Source: Nitrososphaerota archaeon (lineage in GTDB: Archaea; Thermoproteota; Nitrososphaeria_A; Caldarchaeales; Caldarchaeaceae). Taken from it: a stretch of DNA of 24,000 bases. The translations under genes were made by a program, and so were the position numbers. Position 1 is the first letter of the stretch. Each line of letters starts with the position of its first letter. The notes under the pieces are model-generated. The model searched no databases. It saw only the letters and a list, made by a program, of their open reading frames with translations, and had not been told where the DNA came from. This document shows positions 15,243 through 24,000 of the stretch, in pieces. Where the stretch lies: contig JBEPYN010000002.1 of NCBI GenBank assembly GCA_041641305.1, positions 543,509 through 567,508 on the forward strand, read 5' to 3'.

Positions 15243-16588
15243 CCAACCACCTCCTCAACAATTTTCCTCTCAGCCTCGATGCCTCTTTCTAACGTGCAGA
15301 GTTTTGCGGTTTCACGGCCTCTGTCACCCATCTCCCTAGCGAGTGAATCGTTCTCCAACAATTGTAGCATCCTATCGGCCAAGCCATCGACATCATCGGG
15401 TTCAAAAACGTATCCGTTGTAGCCATCTTCGACGAGCTCGGCTATGCCGGCTGTGCTGCTTACTATCGCTGGTTTGCCGTACAGCCAGCTTTCCACAACC
15501 ACCAGCCCGAACCCTTCGGTGACCGAGGGAAGCACCGTGAACTGGGAGAGTGTATATGCTGCCTCAAGCTCCTTCTGGGTGACATGACCTGTGAATACAA
15601 CATGTCGTTCGAGGCCGAAGCTTTTCACAAGACCTGTGAGATAATCGCGCCACATCTCACCCTTAGAGAGGCCTAAACCCTGTCGGGAGCTGGAAAAGCT
15701 ACCGTTACCCACGATCAGAAGCTTGGCATCATGTTTTTTCACGACCTTAGCCAAAGCCTTGATAGCCCTATCATGCCCCTTCATTGGATCCATTCTAGCT
15801 ACTATTGAAACGATTTTGTCATCCATGCTGAGTCCATGCTTGTCTGCAAAACGCTGTAAATCGCCTCGTGTAGGTGCTCCATACTGACCTGCGTCGATGT
15901 AGGGATATACGTAGTAGGCTTTGCCGCCGTAACCTATGTTGAGGAGAGTTTTCATGTAGTTTTTGGAGCTGACTACGATGGCGTCGTAGGAGTTCAAAAA
16001 CCTCACCAGAAACTCGGGCCACTCGGGCGGTATGACTCGTTTGTCGAAGGGGATGTGCCACCTAAAAATTTTTGGCTTCATGGTTTTCATCATCTCACCC
16101 ATAGGTAGTTGCTGAAAATCATGAATATAGAAAACGTCAAAATCTATTTCTTTGTCAAGTGTCATCGCTGTTTCGCTGCATACTCTGTTATACATGTTGT
16201 AGTAGATGTAGTCTTCTGACCATGCGAGTTCGAGGAGCGAGAGTGTTGACTCATTCTGCATACCGTGGAAAATCTTCCACATGCTTTCCTTCACCGCACC
16301 ATAGCCCTTCAAAGCCTCGGACCCGAGCTTTACAAAATGCAGCCACAGCCTATCCAAGCGTATCTTATCAGGTGCAGCCGGGTTGAGAGATATCCAATGA
16401 GCCTCTTCCAGAAAATTTGATTCAAGCATGTGAGATAATAGGGGGTAAACCATTCTAGTCACCCCGCCAGGTGAGTAGATATAATCAGCGCCCTCCACAA
16501 GCTCCGAAAAATCAACAGACTCCACGACGCCTTCAACGGGCCTCAGAAAACGTATGAGCGGAGTTTGTGAACAAACAAGCATCCGCAT
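15239..16588 (-). CDS. GT4-family glycosyltransferase, TreT-like trehalose synthase
   Basis: 449 aa; DFDVFYIHDFQQLPMGEMM...KIFRWHIPFDKRVIPPEWPEFLVRFLNSYDAIVVSS, DKIVSIVARMDPMKGHDRAIKAL, and SVTEGFGLVVVESWLYGKPAIVSSTAGIAELVEDGYNGYV. Confidence 0.8.
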   Translation of the reverse strand: MRMLVCSQTPLIRFLRPVEGVVESVDFSELVEGADYIYSPGGVTRMVYPLLSHMLESNFLEEAHWISLNPAAPDKIRLDRLWLHFVKLGSEALKGYGAVKESMWKIFHGMQNESTLSLLELAWSEDYIYYNMYNRVCSETAMTLDKEIDFDVFYIHDFQQLPMGEMMKTMKPKIFRWHIPFDKRVIPPEWPEFLVRFLNSYDAIVVSSKNYMKTLLNIGYGGKAYYVYPYIDAGQYGAPTRGDLQRFADKHGLSMDDKIVSIVARMDPMKGHDRAIKALAKVVKKHDAKLLIVGNGSFSSSRQGLGLSKGEMWRDYLTGLVKSFGLERHVVFTGHVTQKELEAAYTLSQFTVLPSVTEGFGLVVVESWLYGKPAIVSSTAGIAELVEDGYNGYVFEPDDVDGLADRMLQLLENDSLAREMGDRGRETAKLCTLERGIEAERKIVEEVVG

Positions 16589-16652
16589 ACATTCTTCAGC
16601 ATCATCCGACCCCTTTATACATTATCTAGTCAACCTTTCTCGAACATATGTT

Positions 16653-16726
16653 TGCGGCCGGCGGGATTTGAACCCGCGACTACCAGCGTGGAAGGCTGGT
16701 GTCCTACCAGGCTAGACCACGGCCGC
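16653..16726 (-). tRNA. tRNA-Gly (TCC)
   Basis: Minus strand: GCGGCCG-TG-GTCT-AGCCTGGT-AGGAC-ACCAGC-CTTCCAC-GCTGGT-AGTC-GCGGG-TTCAAAT-CCCGC-CGGCCGC-A. Acceptor and T-arms pair perfectly; anticodon TCC. Confidence 0.95.
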
Positions 16727-17532
16727 TACGTTCGGAGATTTGTTTCGGCGGGATAAAACCTTAACCTGTCTTTGACGCTGATTGTTCCAGGTTTGACCAC
16801 TGTGGCGTAGAGGCCGAACGTTCCGTCGCAGGTTGTTCTCAGTGTTTTGAGCAGCTCGAGTTTTCTGCTCAGGTTTTTCTGTTTGTGGGTGATGACTATG
16901 CATCGTTTCGTTGGCTTGACTATTTTCAGTAATGCTTCACCGGCTTCGAGGTATCCGCCTACAATTGTTTCATCATCCTGTTCCGATGAGAAAACGATGT
17001 TTGGCCTGAAGCGGGCTGCATCGTCGAGGCTGAGTCCCATTTTCTCAAGGCTTCTTAGATTGATTAGGTGGATGGGCATCGAGTCGTGGAAACGTGTTTC
17101 ACGTGTCTCTCCTGTTTTTTCGAAAACTATGTTCTTCTCGAAATCTATCTCAAGACCTCTAAAGCTCAGCGGTATGCCTGTGTTTTGGACAAGCCTCACA
17201 GGTCGTCCGAGGAAATTTGTCAGCATATCGTCATAGTTGTCATTAACTACGGCATCTGGGAAAATCAGGTTAAGGACCCCATTCGCAAGCCTGGCCCCTA
17301 TTGTGAGTAGACGCGGCTCTCCCTTCGCTGATAGAGCAAAGCCTGTGAGGGTGTCCACGACGGCAAATAACCGGTCGCCATCAAACCCGTCAAAAGAAAC
17401 ATCAACATACTCAAGCTCTTCACCTAACAGAGACTTGACAGGATAACGGAACAGTTTCACAACTCGAAATTCATTCAACCCTCGGCGAGATGGGGAATAA
17501 GCATATAAATATTCTTCACCACCCCTACACAT
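16726..17532 (-). CDS. MOSC-domain protein (molybdenum cofactor sulfurase C-terminal-like)
   Basis: 268 aa; FRVVKLFRYPVKSLLGEELEYVDVSFDGFDGDRLFAVVDTLTG..., RFRPNIVFSS-type motif, and KPTKRCIVITHKQKN. The true start is probably TTG at about 17478 (LNEFRVVKLFRYPVKS). Confidence 0.85.
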   Translation of the reverse strand: MCRGGEEYLYAYSPSRRGLNEFRVVKLFRYPVKSLLGEELEYVDVSFDGFDGDRLFAVVDTLTGFALSAKGEPRLLTIGARLANGVLNLIFPDAVVNDNYDDMLTNFLGRPVRLVQNTGIPLSFRGLEIDFEKNIVFEKTGETRETRFHDSMPIHLINLRSLEKMGLSLDDAARFRPNIVFSSEQDDETIVGGYLEAGEALLKIVKPTKRCIVITHKQKNLSRKLELLKTLRTTCDGTFGLYATVVKPGTISVKDRLRFYPAETNLRT

Positions 17533-17537
17533 GGAAC

Positions 17538-17612
17538 GCCGGGGTAACTCAGCCTGGCCAGAGTGCGGGGCTCATAATCCCGTTGTCGTGGGTTCGAATC
17601 CCACCCCCGGCA
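17538..17612 (+). tRNA. tRNA with CAT anticodon (tRNA-Met, elongator type likely)
   Basis: GCCGGGG-TA-ACTC-AGCCTGGCCA-GAGT-G-CGGGG-CTCATAA-TCCCG-TTGTC-GTGGG-TTCGAAT-CCCAC-CCCCGGC-A: complete 75-nt cloverleaf, no intron. Confidence 0.95.
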
Positions 17613-17688
17613 TGATGCCATGAAATCTATTGCAGTTTGGTTGCATAATGTGTCAGCAACTCTATCTTTACGCAAGATTTAAAAGGGG

Positions 17689-19374
17689 ATGGGCGGGGTT
17701 GTAGGCATGGTTCGCCGTTTGTATAGTCATGAAGTTACTGAGGGGCCTGAGCGGGCTCCTCACCGTGCTATGCTTAGAGCTGTTGGGCTGAGAGATGAGG
17801 ACTTTGGTAAACCTTTCATCGGGGTAGCCAGCACAGGTAACGAGGTGACACCCTGCAACCTTCATCTCACAGACCTCGCGAAAGAGGCGAGGAGAGGTGT
17901 TTGGGAGAATAGCGGAGTGGGAATAGAGTTCACGACTATCGCGATAAGCGATGGAATATCGATGAACACCGAGGGTATGAAGGGCTCGCTTGTGAGCCGT
18001 GAGGTAATCGCTGACTCGATTGAGGTTATGTGTTTTGCGGAGAGGTTTGACGGTTTGGTGGGCATAGCGGGCTGCGACAAAAGCTTGCCAGGTACCGTGA
18101 TGGCTATGGCCCGCCTCAACATACCGTCCATCTTCCTCTACGGCGGAACAATCCTCCCCGGAAAATACATGGGGCGGGATGTTACTCTTCAGGATGTTTA
18201 CGAAGCGGTCGGCAGCTATAGCACAGGCCAAATGACGCTGCAGCAGTTGATTGAGCTGGAGAAAGTCGCTTGTCCGACGGAGGGCTCCTGCGCAGGCCTC
18301 TACACAGCCAACACCATGGCCTCGGCTATAGAGGCTCTGGGAATGTCTCTCCCCGGCACGGCCTCGATACCTGCCGTCGACCAGAGAATCTATGACGCTG
18401 CATACAGATCGGGTGCGCAGGTCCTGAAACTCTTGGAAAACGGGATAAAGCCACGCGACATAATGACATACGAGGCCTTTGAGAACGCGATAACAGTTGT
18501 CTGCGCGATGGGCGGCTCAACAAACTCTGTTCTTCATATACCAGCCATGGCCTATGAGGCTGGTGTAAAACTCGACATCGATGTCTTTGACAGAATCAGT
18601 AGGAGAACACCTCATATCGCCGACATGAGGCCCGGCGGCAGGTTTGTCATGGTTGACTTGGACAGGGTTGGGGGTGTGCCCGTTGTTTTGAAGAAGCTTC
18701 TTAACGCCGGTCTCCTACACGGAGACTGCCTAACAGTTACCGGAAAAACTCTAGCGGAAAACCTTAGAGAAATGAAAATAGGAGACGGCGGAGAAGTCGT
18801 AAGGCCTCTGAACAATCCTATACATCCGACAGGCGGTATAGCGATCCTGAAAGGAAACCTCGCTCCAGAGGGTGCAGTAGTCAAGTCAACAGCATCGACC
18901 GTGCAGTATTTCAAAGGCCCCGCCCGAGTGTTCAACTCCGAGGAAGAAGCCTACAGAGCTCTGCTAAGAAGGGAAATTCAGCCGGGCGAGGTCATAGTTA
19001 TCCGTTACGAGGGGCCGAGAGGTGGGCCCGGTATGCGGGAGATGCTTGCTGTCACTGCAATCGTTGTTGGACAGGGCTTGAAGGAAAAAGTGGCTCTCTT
19101 AACTGACGGCCGCTTCTCAGGAGCAACACATGGGCTGATGGTTGGACATGTCTCACCCGAGGCCGCCGTCGGCGGGCCAATAGCCGCCCTCAAAGACGGC
19201 GACATCGTGGAAATCGATGTACCAAACCGCAAGCTATCCGTCGAGCTCTCCGACGAAGAGATAAAGAAGAGGATGGAGAACTGGACGCCGCCTCCGCCGA
19301 AATATACGCGGGGCGTTCTGGCCAAGTACGCCAAGCTGGTGGGCTCTGCGAGCAGAGGAGCCGTATGCGGATAA
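17689..19374 (+). CDS. ilvD: Dihydroxy-acid dehydratase
   Basis: About 555-561 aa; [115 protein letters not shown]. Start may be the internal ATG at 17707 ([10 protein letters not shown]). Confidence 0.97.
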   Translation: MGGVVGMVRRLYSHEVTEGPERAPHRAMLRAVGLRDEDFGKPFIGVASTGNEVTPCNLHLTDLAKEARRGVWENSGVGIEFTTIAISDGISMNTEGMKGSLVSREVIADSIEVMCFAERFDGLVGIAGCDKSLPGTVMAMARLNIPSIFLYGGTILPGKYMGRDVTLQDVYEAVGSYSTGQMTLQQLIELEKVACPTEGSCAGLYTANTMASAIEALGMSLPGTASIPAVDQRIYDAAYRSGAQVLKLLENGIKPRDIMTYEAFENAITVVCAMGGSTNSVLHIPAMAYEAGVKLDIDVFDRISRRTPHIADMRPGGRFVMVDLDRVGGVPVVLKKLLNAGLLHGDCLTVTGKTLAENLREMKIGDGGEVVRPLNNPIHPTGGIAILKGNLAPEGAVVKSTASTVQYFKGPARVFNSEEEAYRALLRREIQPGEVIVIRYEGPRGGPGMREMLAVTAIVVGQGLKEKVALLTDGRFSGATHGLMVGHVSPEAAVGGPIAALKDGDIVEIDVPNRKLSVELSDEEIKKRMENWTPPPPKYTRGVLAKYAKLVGSASRGAVCG

Positions 19375-19437
19375 CCGTTTAAAACTCTTTATAAGAGTAT
19401 CAGCAGTGTTATCGCGGGTTGATGAGGTGGATGGCCG

Positions 19438-19719
19438 ATGGCTCAACAAAGCTCCGATTGGGAGTCAAAACGGCAGCAGGTTGTTCAGATACTGGAGACA
19501 ATCATAAACGACACGGACACTCCCCGCAACATCCGCAGAATCGCTAAACAGGCCTCCACAGAGCTTTTTAACGAAAAACTCAAGCCAGCAGTAAGAGCAG
19601 CAAACTCAATCGACCTCATCGAGGAAATAATTAACGACCCCAACATGCCATCATTCACGAGAACACAGCTCTGGATGGCGATAAGCATACTCGAAACAAT
19701 CCGCTCGTCACAATCCTAG
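19438..19719 (+). CDS. UPF0147 family protein
   Basis: 93 aa; VVQILETIINDTDTPRNIRRIAKQASTELFNEKLKPAVRAANSIDLIEEIINDPNMPSFTRTQLWMAISILETI is characteristic of this small archaeal family. Confidence 0.85.
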   Translation: MAQQSSDWESKRQQVVQILETIINDTDTPRNIRRIAKQASTELFNEKLKPAVRAANSIDLIEEIINDPNMPSFTRTQLWMAISILETIRSSQS

Positions 19720-19790
19720 TACAGATAAAAAGGTAAAATTCCGCACCACTAAGAAAAAGATAAACAAATACAATCCATAGGTGAAGTTCT

Positions 19791-21173
19791 TTGAACAATC
19801 TGGTAAAGTATGCAGCGATAATTGCGGCGGTCGCAGCCCTAGGCTATTTTATGGGACTAAACACTAGGCAGTTGGCTTCGCTCATAGTTCTCGGCGGAAT
19901 GATAGGCGCCACGTTGATGTTTTGGAGGTTTAGGCTTGTCTTCGCATTCTTCGCCCTCACAATAATGCTTGGAACAGACCTGCTTGAGACAGATTTGCTC
20001 ATAGAATTCGCTCACATAGACACCATATTGTTCCTCGCGACGATGATGGTTGTAGTGGGCTATCTCGAGGAAGCCCGGTTCTTCGAAGTACTGATAGATA
20101 AGCTTCTCGCCTTCGTGGGAAACAGACCCAGAACCCTCGTGATTTTCTTTATGGCGATGTCGGCCCTGCTCGCGGCTTTGGTAGATGAGGTCACCTCAAT
20201 CCTCATCATGACAGCTGTCCTCCTCGACTTCACATCCCGCTACAACCTCAACCCAATCAGATTCATACTACTATCCATATTCGCAACCAACATAGGGAGC
20301 TCGGCAACGGTTGTCGGCAACCCAGTCGGAGTCGTGATAGCTTTCCAAGCTGGACTTGGTTTTCTCGACTTCCTCAGATGGGCTACGCCAATCTCCATCG
20401 TTTCGCTTGTTCTATGCATGGCGATGGTGTTGATTGTTTTCCGCAAAGACATAGAGCAGCTTAGACAGGCTATGGCATCTATCAAATTGGAGGCCCCAGC
20501 AGCCGAAGTAGCTGATGGGGGACAGCGGGTTGATATCAGGCTGCCTGCCGTGATTTTTCTCGCAACAATCACCGGCTTAATTCTTCACACACCTATTGAG
20601 CAAGCTTTCGGACTCGGCAAAAACTCGATGCTTCTCGGTGTTCCTTTCCTGTTCTCTGGAATAGTGCTTTTACTTGAACGACAAAGAGCAAGAGAGCTGG
20701 TTGAGCGTAGAATCGACTGGTGGACCCTCCTCTTCTTCATGATTTTCTTCGCGAGTGTTGGTACTCTCAGCCACACTGGCGCGACCGAGGTGTTCGCAAG
20801 CCTCATACTGACCAACGTTGGCGAATCATCTTTCGCGCTAACCATAGTTGTCATGCTTGCCGCGGGGCTGATGTCGGCTTTCATGGACAACGTCCTCGCC
20901 GTGGCAACCTGGATACCTATAATCAAGACGTTAGGCGAGTTAGGGGTGAACGTTTTCCCACTTTGGTGGACCATGCTCTTCGCCGGCACATTCTGGGGCA
21001 ACTTAACCGTGGTGGGAAGCACGGCGAACATCGTTGCCGTAGGAATGCTGGAGCGTCGAGAACGTATACACATAACTCTCAGACAGTGGATAGGAGTCGG
21101 CGCGGCAATCACGCTACCTACCATGGCTCTTGCCCTGATACTAATTCTCCTCCAGTTACCTCTGATGACTTAG
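19791..21173 (+). CDS. ArsB/NhaD-family ion transporter (SLC13-like permease)
   Basis: 460 aa polytopic protein; DEVTSILIMTAVLLDFTSRYNLNP, FATNIGSSATVVGNPVGVVIAFQAGL, and LFAGTFWGNLTVVGSTANIVAVGMLERRERI. Confidence 0.88.
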   Translation: MNNLVKYAAIIAAVAALGYFMGLNTRQLASLIVLGGMIGATLMFWRFRLVFAFFALTIMLGTDLLETDLLIEFAHIDTILFLATMMVVVGYLEEARFFEVLIDKLLAFVGNRPRTLVIFFMAMSALLAALVDEVTSILIMTAVLLDFTSRYNLNPIRFILLSIFATNIGSSATVVGNPVGVVIAFQAGLGFLDFLRWATPISIVSLVLCMAMVLIVFRKDIEQLRQAMASIKLEAPAAEVADGGQRVDIRLPAVIFLATITGLILHTPIEQAFGLGKNSMLLGVPFLFSGIVLLLERQRARELVERRIDWWTLLFFMIFFASVGTLSHTGATEVFASLILTNVGESSFALTIVVMLAAGLMSAFMDNVLAVATWIPIIKTLGELGVNVFPLWWTMLFAGTFWGNLTVVGSTANIVAVGMLERRERIHITLRQWIGVGAAITLPTMALALILILLQLPLMT

Positions 21174-21415
21174 TCAGTGCTGGGCTTAGCCACTATAACA
21201 ATTTCCTCTTTCTTCTTTGTGACCCAAATCTCGTAGCCATGCTTCAGCAGAGTAGCCAAACAGTCGTGCCACGGAAAATACGCAGGGTCTCTAACAGTAA
21301 TCTCGAAACCGCCGTACTCTGTTTTGACGTCACCGGTTTTTCCAACCTGCACCTCCAAACAAGTTTTGAGATCAGCTGCCGGAACCACAGATTCTTGGTT
21401 CAAACTCCGTATCAT
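21170..21415 (-). CDS. Small hypothetical protein
   Basis: 81-aa ORF convergent with the transporter (4-bp overlap); no family recognised. Confidence 0.45.
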   Translation of the reverse strand: MIRSLNQESVVPAADLKTCLEVQVGKTGDVKTEYGGFEITVRDPAYFPWHDCLATLLKHGYEIWVTKKKEEIVIVAKPSTD

Positions 21416-21485
21416 TGACTTTATAGTCGGTATTTAACCACTACCACTTACTCTTTTATACAACAAAGTCATCATACCGGACAAG

Positions 21486-22316
21486 TTGCCGACAACCGTG
21501 GCCTTCCAGGGTGAAAAAGGCGCCTACAGCGAAGAAGCCATTCTGCATTTTTTCGGCAGCGAGGTTCAGACGCTGCCCTGCAGAAGCATCCGCGAGGTTT
21601 TCAAGAACTGTGAGGCCAGGGTTGTGGACTATGGCGTGGTCCCGGTGGAGAACAGCATAGAGGGAAGCGTATTCGAGACATATGACATGTTCCTCAGCTC
21701 AAGCGTCAAAGCAGTTGGTGAAATCATTCTCAGGATACGTCACTGCCTAATCGCGTTACCCGATGTCTCGCTCAACGAAGTCGAGACAGTCTACTCACAT
21801 CCACAGGCTCTTGCACAGTGTCGTGGATATCTTCAGTCGCTCGGTGTATCTGTCGAGGTTACATATGATACAGCCGGCAGCGTGAAGATGATTAAGGAGA
21901 GGGGGTTAAGGAATGCTGCTGCTGTTGCGAGCGAGAGGGCCGCGGAAATCTATGGCATGAAGGTTCTTGCTAAAGGGATAGAGGACTATGGCCACAACTA
22001 TACACGTTTCCTCGTAATATCCGTGAAAGAGGCGCTTCATTCCCCCAACAGCAAAACATCCATCATCTTCTCCACAGCCCACAAGCCCGGAGCGCTCTAC
22101 AACGCACTCGGAGCATTCGCGAGAAACGGGATAAACCTCACCAAGATAGAGTCACGGCCCACCCGGCAGAGGCCATGGGAGTATTACTTTTTCGTGGACT
22201 TCGAGGGTCATCAAGAAGATGAAAATGTGAAGAAAGCGTTGGCGGAGCTGGTCTCCTACGCATCCTTCATTAAAATCCTCGGCTCTTATCCACGCGCGTC
22301 CACCGACTTATCCTGA
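21486..22316 (+). CDS. pheA: Prephenate dehydratase with C-terminal ACT domain
   Basis: 276 aa; VAFQGEKGAYSEEAILHFFG, DYGVVPVENSIEGSVFETYDMF, VYSHPQALAQCRGYL, GHNYTRFLVI and ACT motif GALYNALGAFARNGINLTKIESRPT. Confidence 0.95.
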   Translation: MPTTVAFQGEKGAYSEEAILHFFGSEVQTLPCRSIREVFKNCEARVVDYGVVPVENSIEGSVFETYDMFLSSSVKAVGEIILRIRHCLIALPDVSLNEVETVYSHPQALAQCRGYLQSLGVSVEVTYDTAGSVKMIKERGLRNAAAVASERAAEIYGMKVLAKGIEDYGHNYTRFLVISVKEALHSPNSKTSIIFSTAHKPGALYNALGAFARNGINLTKIESRPTRQRPWEYYFFVDFEGHQEDENVKKALAELVSYASFIKILGSYPRASTDLS

Positions 22317-23270
22317 CCCGATCCTTACGTTACAGAGTTTTTCGAGAACCTCTACCAAGGCTTGTGTACCATTTTCGCCGTGGCCCATTTCATCCAGTGT
22401 TTTAATCAGCTCGGACACGAGCGCTATGCCTGGTAGGCAGAGGCCGAGGCTTTCGGCTGTTTCTCGGACAAACCGCAGGTCTTTCCTGAGATGCTTGACC
22501 TTGAAACCCGGTCTCCAGTCTCTCACAACCATTCTTGGCCCGAGGTTGCTTAGCTGCCAGGAGCCGCCCGCCCCAGTTGAGATCACTTCTATTACCCGCT
22601 TCAAGTCAAGCCCTGCTTTTGCCGCGATCATGAGGGTTTCACATACGCCGAGGAGGTTGAGCGAGACAGCCACCTGATTGCATAGCTTGGTGAAGCTTCC
22701 CGAGCCCGATTCACCCATGTAGTAGATGTTTTTCCCCATGGCTTCGAAGACGGGCCGCATTTTCTCGAAGACCTCGGGTTTGCCCCCCACCATTATCGTG
22801 AGGGTTCCCTGCTCAGCGGCCATCGTGCTCCCCGAAACAGGTGCGTCAAGCATTTCTCCACCCCTTTCCTCGACACGGCGCATCATCTGCTTTGAGAAAC
22901 CTGGAGAAACAGTTGACATATCGACCACGACACAGCCAGGTGCCATGCCTTCCAAAACACCGTTCTGCCCCAGCAGAACCTGCTCAACAGCCTTCTCATC
23001 GGGCAGCATGGTTATGACGCATTCCGAGAGCTTAGCCACCTCCCTCGGTGAACCACATGGAGTGGCTCCGAGAGAGGCCAGCTCATCAACAGGTACCCTG
23101 CTCCTGTTAAACACAGCCAGCTTGAAGCCGTGCCGCAGAAGATTCTTAGCCATCGGCTTCCCCATGAGACCAAGCCCTATGAACCCAACCCGCTCCATGC
23201 AAATGCATACCTGAGAGGCGGTATGTAGGTTTTTTACATGGTATTCCACGGAATTTCTTGCGCTGAACAA
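22308..23270 (-). CDS. NAD(P)-dependent oxidoreductase, 3-hydroxyisobutyrate dehydrogenase family
   Basis: VGFIGLGLMGKPMAKNLLRHGFKLAVFNRS, MLDAPVSGSTMAAEQGTLTIMVGG, GSGSFTKLCNQVAVSLNLLGVCE. True start is probably the internal Met before ERVGFIGLG. Confidence 0.88.
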   Translation of the reverse strand: MFSARNSVEYHVKNLHTASQVCICMERVGFIGLGLMGKPMAKNLLRHGFKLAVFNRSRVPVDELASLGATPCGSPREVAKLSECVITMLPDEKAVEQVLLGQNGVLEGMAPGCVVVDMSTVSPGFSKQMMRRVEERGGEMLDAPVSGSTMAAEQGTLTIMVGGKPEVFEKMRPVFEAMGKNIYYMGESGSGSFTKLCNQVAVSLNLLGVCETLMIAAKAGLDLKRVIEVISTGAGGSWQLSNLGPRMVVRDWRPGFKVKHLRKDLRFVRETAESLGLCLPGIALVSELIKTLDEMGHGENGTQALVEVLEKLCNVRIGSG

Positions 23271-23274
23271 AGTA

Positions 23275-23970
23275 ATGAAGCAGCGTATACAGCAGCAGTA
23301 CCCCCTGCCTGTTAGGGTCGAGGATTTGGCGAGCCTCGTAAGACTGGCTTCTTCTCGGTGGGACTATATGCCGCATCTCATAGCCTTTCAACATCTTCAG
23401 CAAACCGTGGTCGCGTATCTTCAGACGATGCCTCTGGGCAAGGTGAGCATACCTATGCTTTTCCACACCGTTGTGCAGGAACCCGTGAAAAAATACGTCG
23501 TCTACACAGCTTTGGAGAAAGAGGAGACAAGGTTATCAGACCACCCCGAGACAGGGCGTTACGTCTCCTACCCAATAATCCACGTAGACCCTCCGCCCCG
23601 AATCATGGAAAAAGCGATAACCAGCAAACCCGGCAGAAAACTTCGCGGCATCGAAAAAATTAGAGTAAAGGGCCTTGACTCAATTATGCGGCTGGTTTCG
23701 GCGATGACTGACGAGTCGTTCAGCCCACCGGTGTGGTGCTACAGGTCCAAAAACGGCTACAGCCTCTCCGTCCTATACCCCGTCTACGAATACTACGACT
23801 CGATAGCCCTCCCCTTCCTGTACTATATTGAAATAGCGCAGAAACCGCCAGCGCCTTTCATCGCATACTCGCCCACACTTGAACGAGAGAGCATACGCTA
23901 CACAGACTCCGTCTCCGACACACGCTATTTCTACGGACGGCTGGTGTTCCTCGAAAACTTCATCGTTTAG
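23275..23970 (+). CDS. Hypothetical protein
   Basis: 231-aa ORF with non-repetitive, globular-looking composition, transcribed divergently from the oxidoreductase; no family recognised. Confidence 0.6.
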   Translation: MKQRIQQQYPLPVRVEDLASLVRLASSRWDYMPHLIAFQHLQQTVVAYLQTMPLGKVSIPMLFHTVVQEPVKKYVVYTALEKEETRLSDHPETGRYVSYPIIHVDPPPRIMEKAITSKPGRKLRGIEKIRVKGLDSIMRLVSAMTDESFSPPVWCYRSKNGYSLSVLYPVYEYYDSIALPFLYYIEIAQKPPAPFIAYSPTLERESIRYTDSVSDTRYFYGRLVFLENFIV

Positions 23971-24000
23971 ACTCCCACAGCTCCTTCCTCAGAAGGTCCC

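Noticed and set aside
17668-18231. 187-aa minus-strand ORF antisense to ilvD
   Set aside because: It lies fully antisense to strongly supported, conserved ilvD coding sequence, so it is a shadow ORF.
20720-21418. 232-aa plus-strand ORF overlapping the ArsB/NhaD-type transporter in another frame
   Set aside because: R/H/S-rich translation typical of an off-frame shadow; the transporter frame carries clear family motifs.
22726-23214. 162-aa plus-strand ORF antisense to the 3-hydroxyisobutyrate dehydrogenase-like gene
   Set aside because: Shadow ORF opposite a gene with clear Rossmann and family motifs.
1-24000. CRISPR array, cas genes, transposase or integrase
   Set aside because: None was found by eye; no regularly spaced direct repeats and no recognisable recombinase or Cas motifs in the ORF set.

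Overview
This 24 kb window looks like a thermophilic archaeal chromosome, based on intron-containing and archaeal-type tRNAs and on archaeal family markers such as UPF0147, DUF1512-like and MCM-like proteins. The order is: the end of a branched-chain amino acid ABC transporter operon (livF partial, livH, livM); convergent AA_synth-like (DUF1185) and methylmalonate-semialdehyde dehydrogenase genes; an EamA transporter; an Rdx/SelW-like protein; MGMT; an SDR dehydrogenase; then an AT-richer accessory stretch (about 7.14-9.64 kb) holding one large ORF. The stretch is flanked by a tRNA 3'-half-like sequence and an intron-bearing tRNA-Phe. Downstream are a type IA topoisomerase cluster, methionine aminopeptidase, an MscS channel plus TreT-like glycosyltransferase, tRNA-Gly(TCC), a MOSC protein, tRNA-Met(CAT), ilvD, UPF0147, an ArsB/NhaD-type transporter, prephenate dehydratase, a 3-hydroxyisobutyrate dehydrogenase-like protein and an orphan ORF. 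The best candidate for an undescribed system is the 625-aa ORF at 7522-9399. It appears to fuse an N-terminal EVE/PUA-like domain to a divergent MCM-like AAA+ ATPase. No CRISPR array, transposase or integrase was recognised. Everything here is from reading the sequence by eye; no database searches were run.
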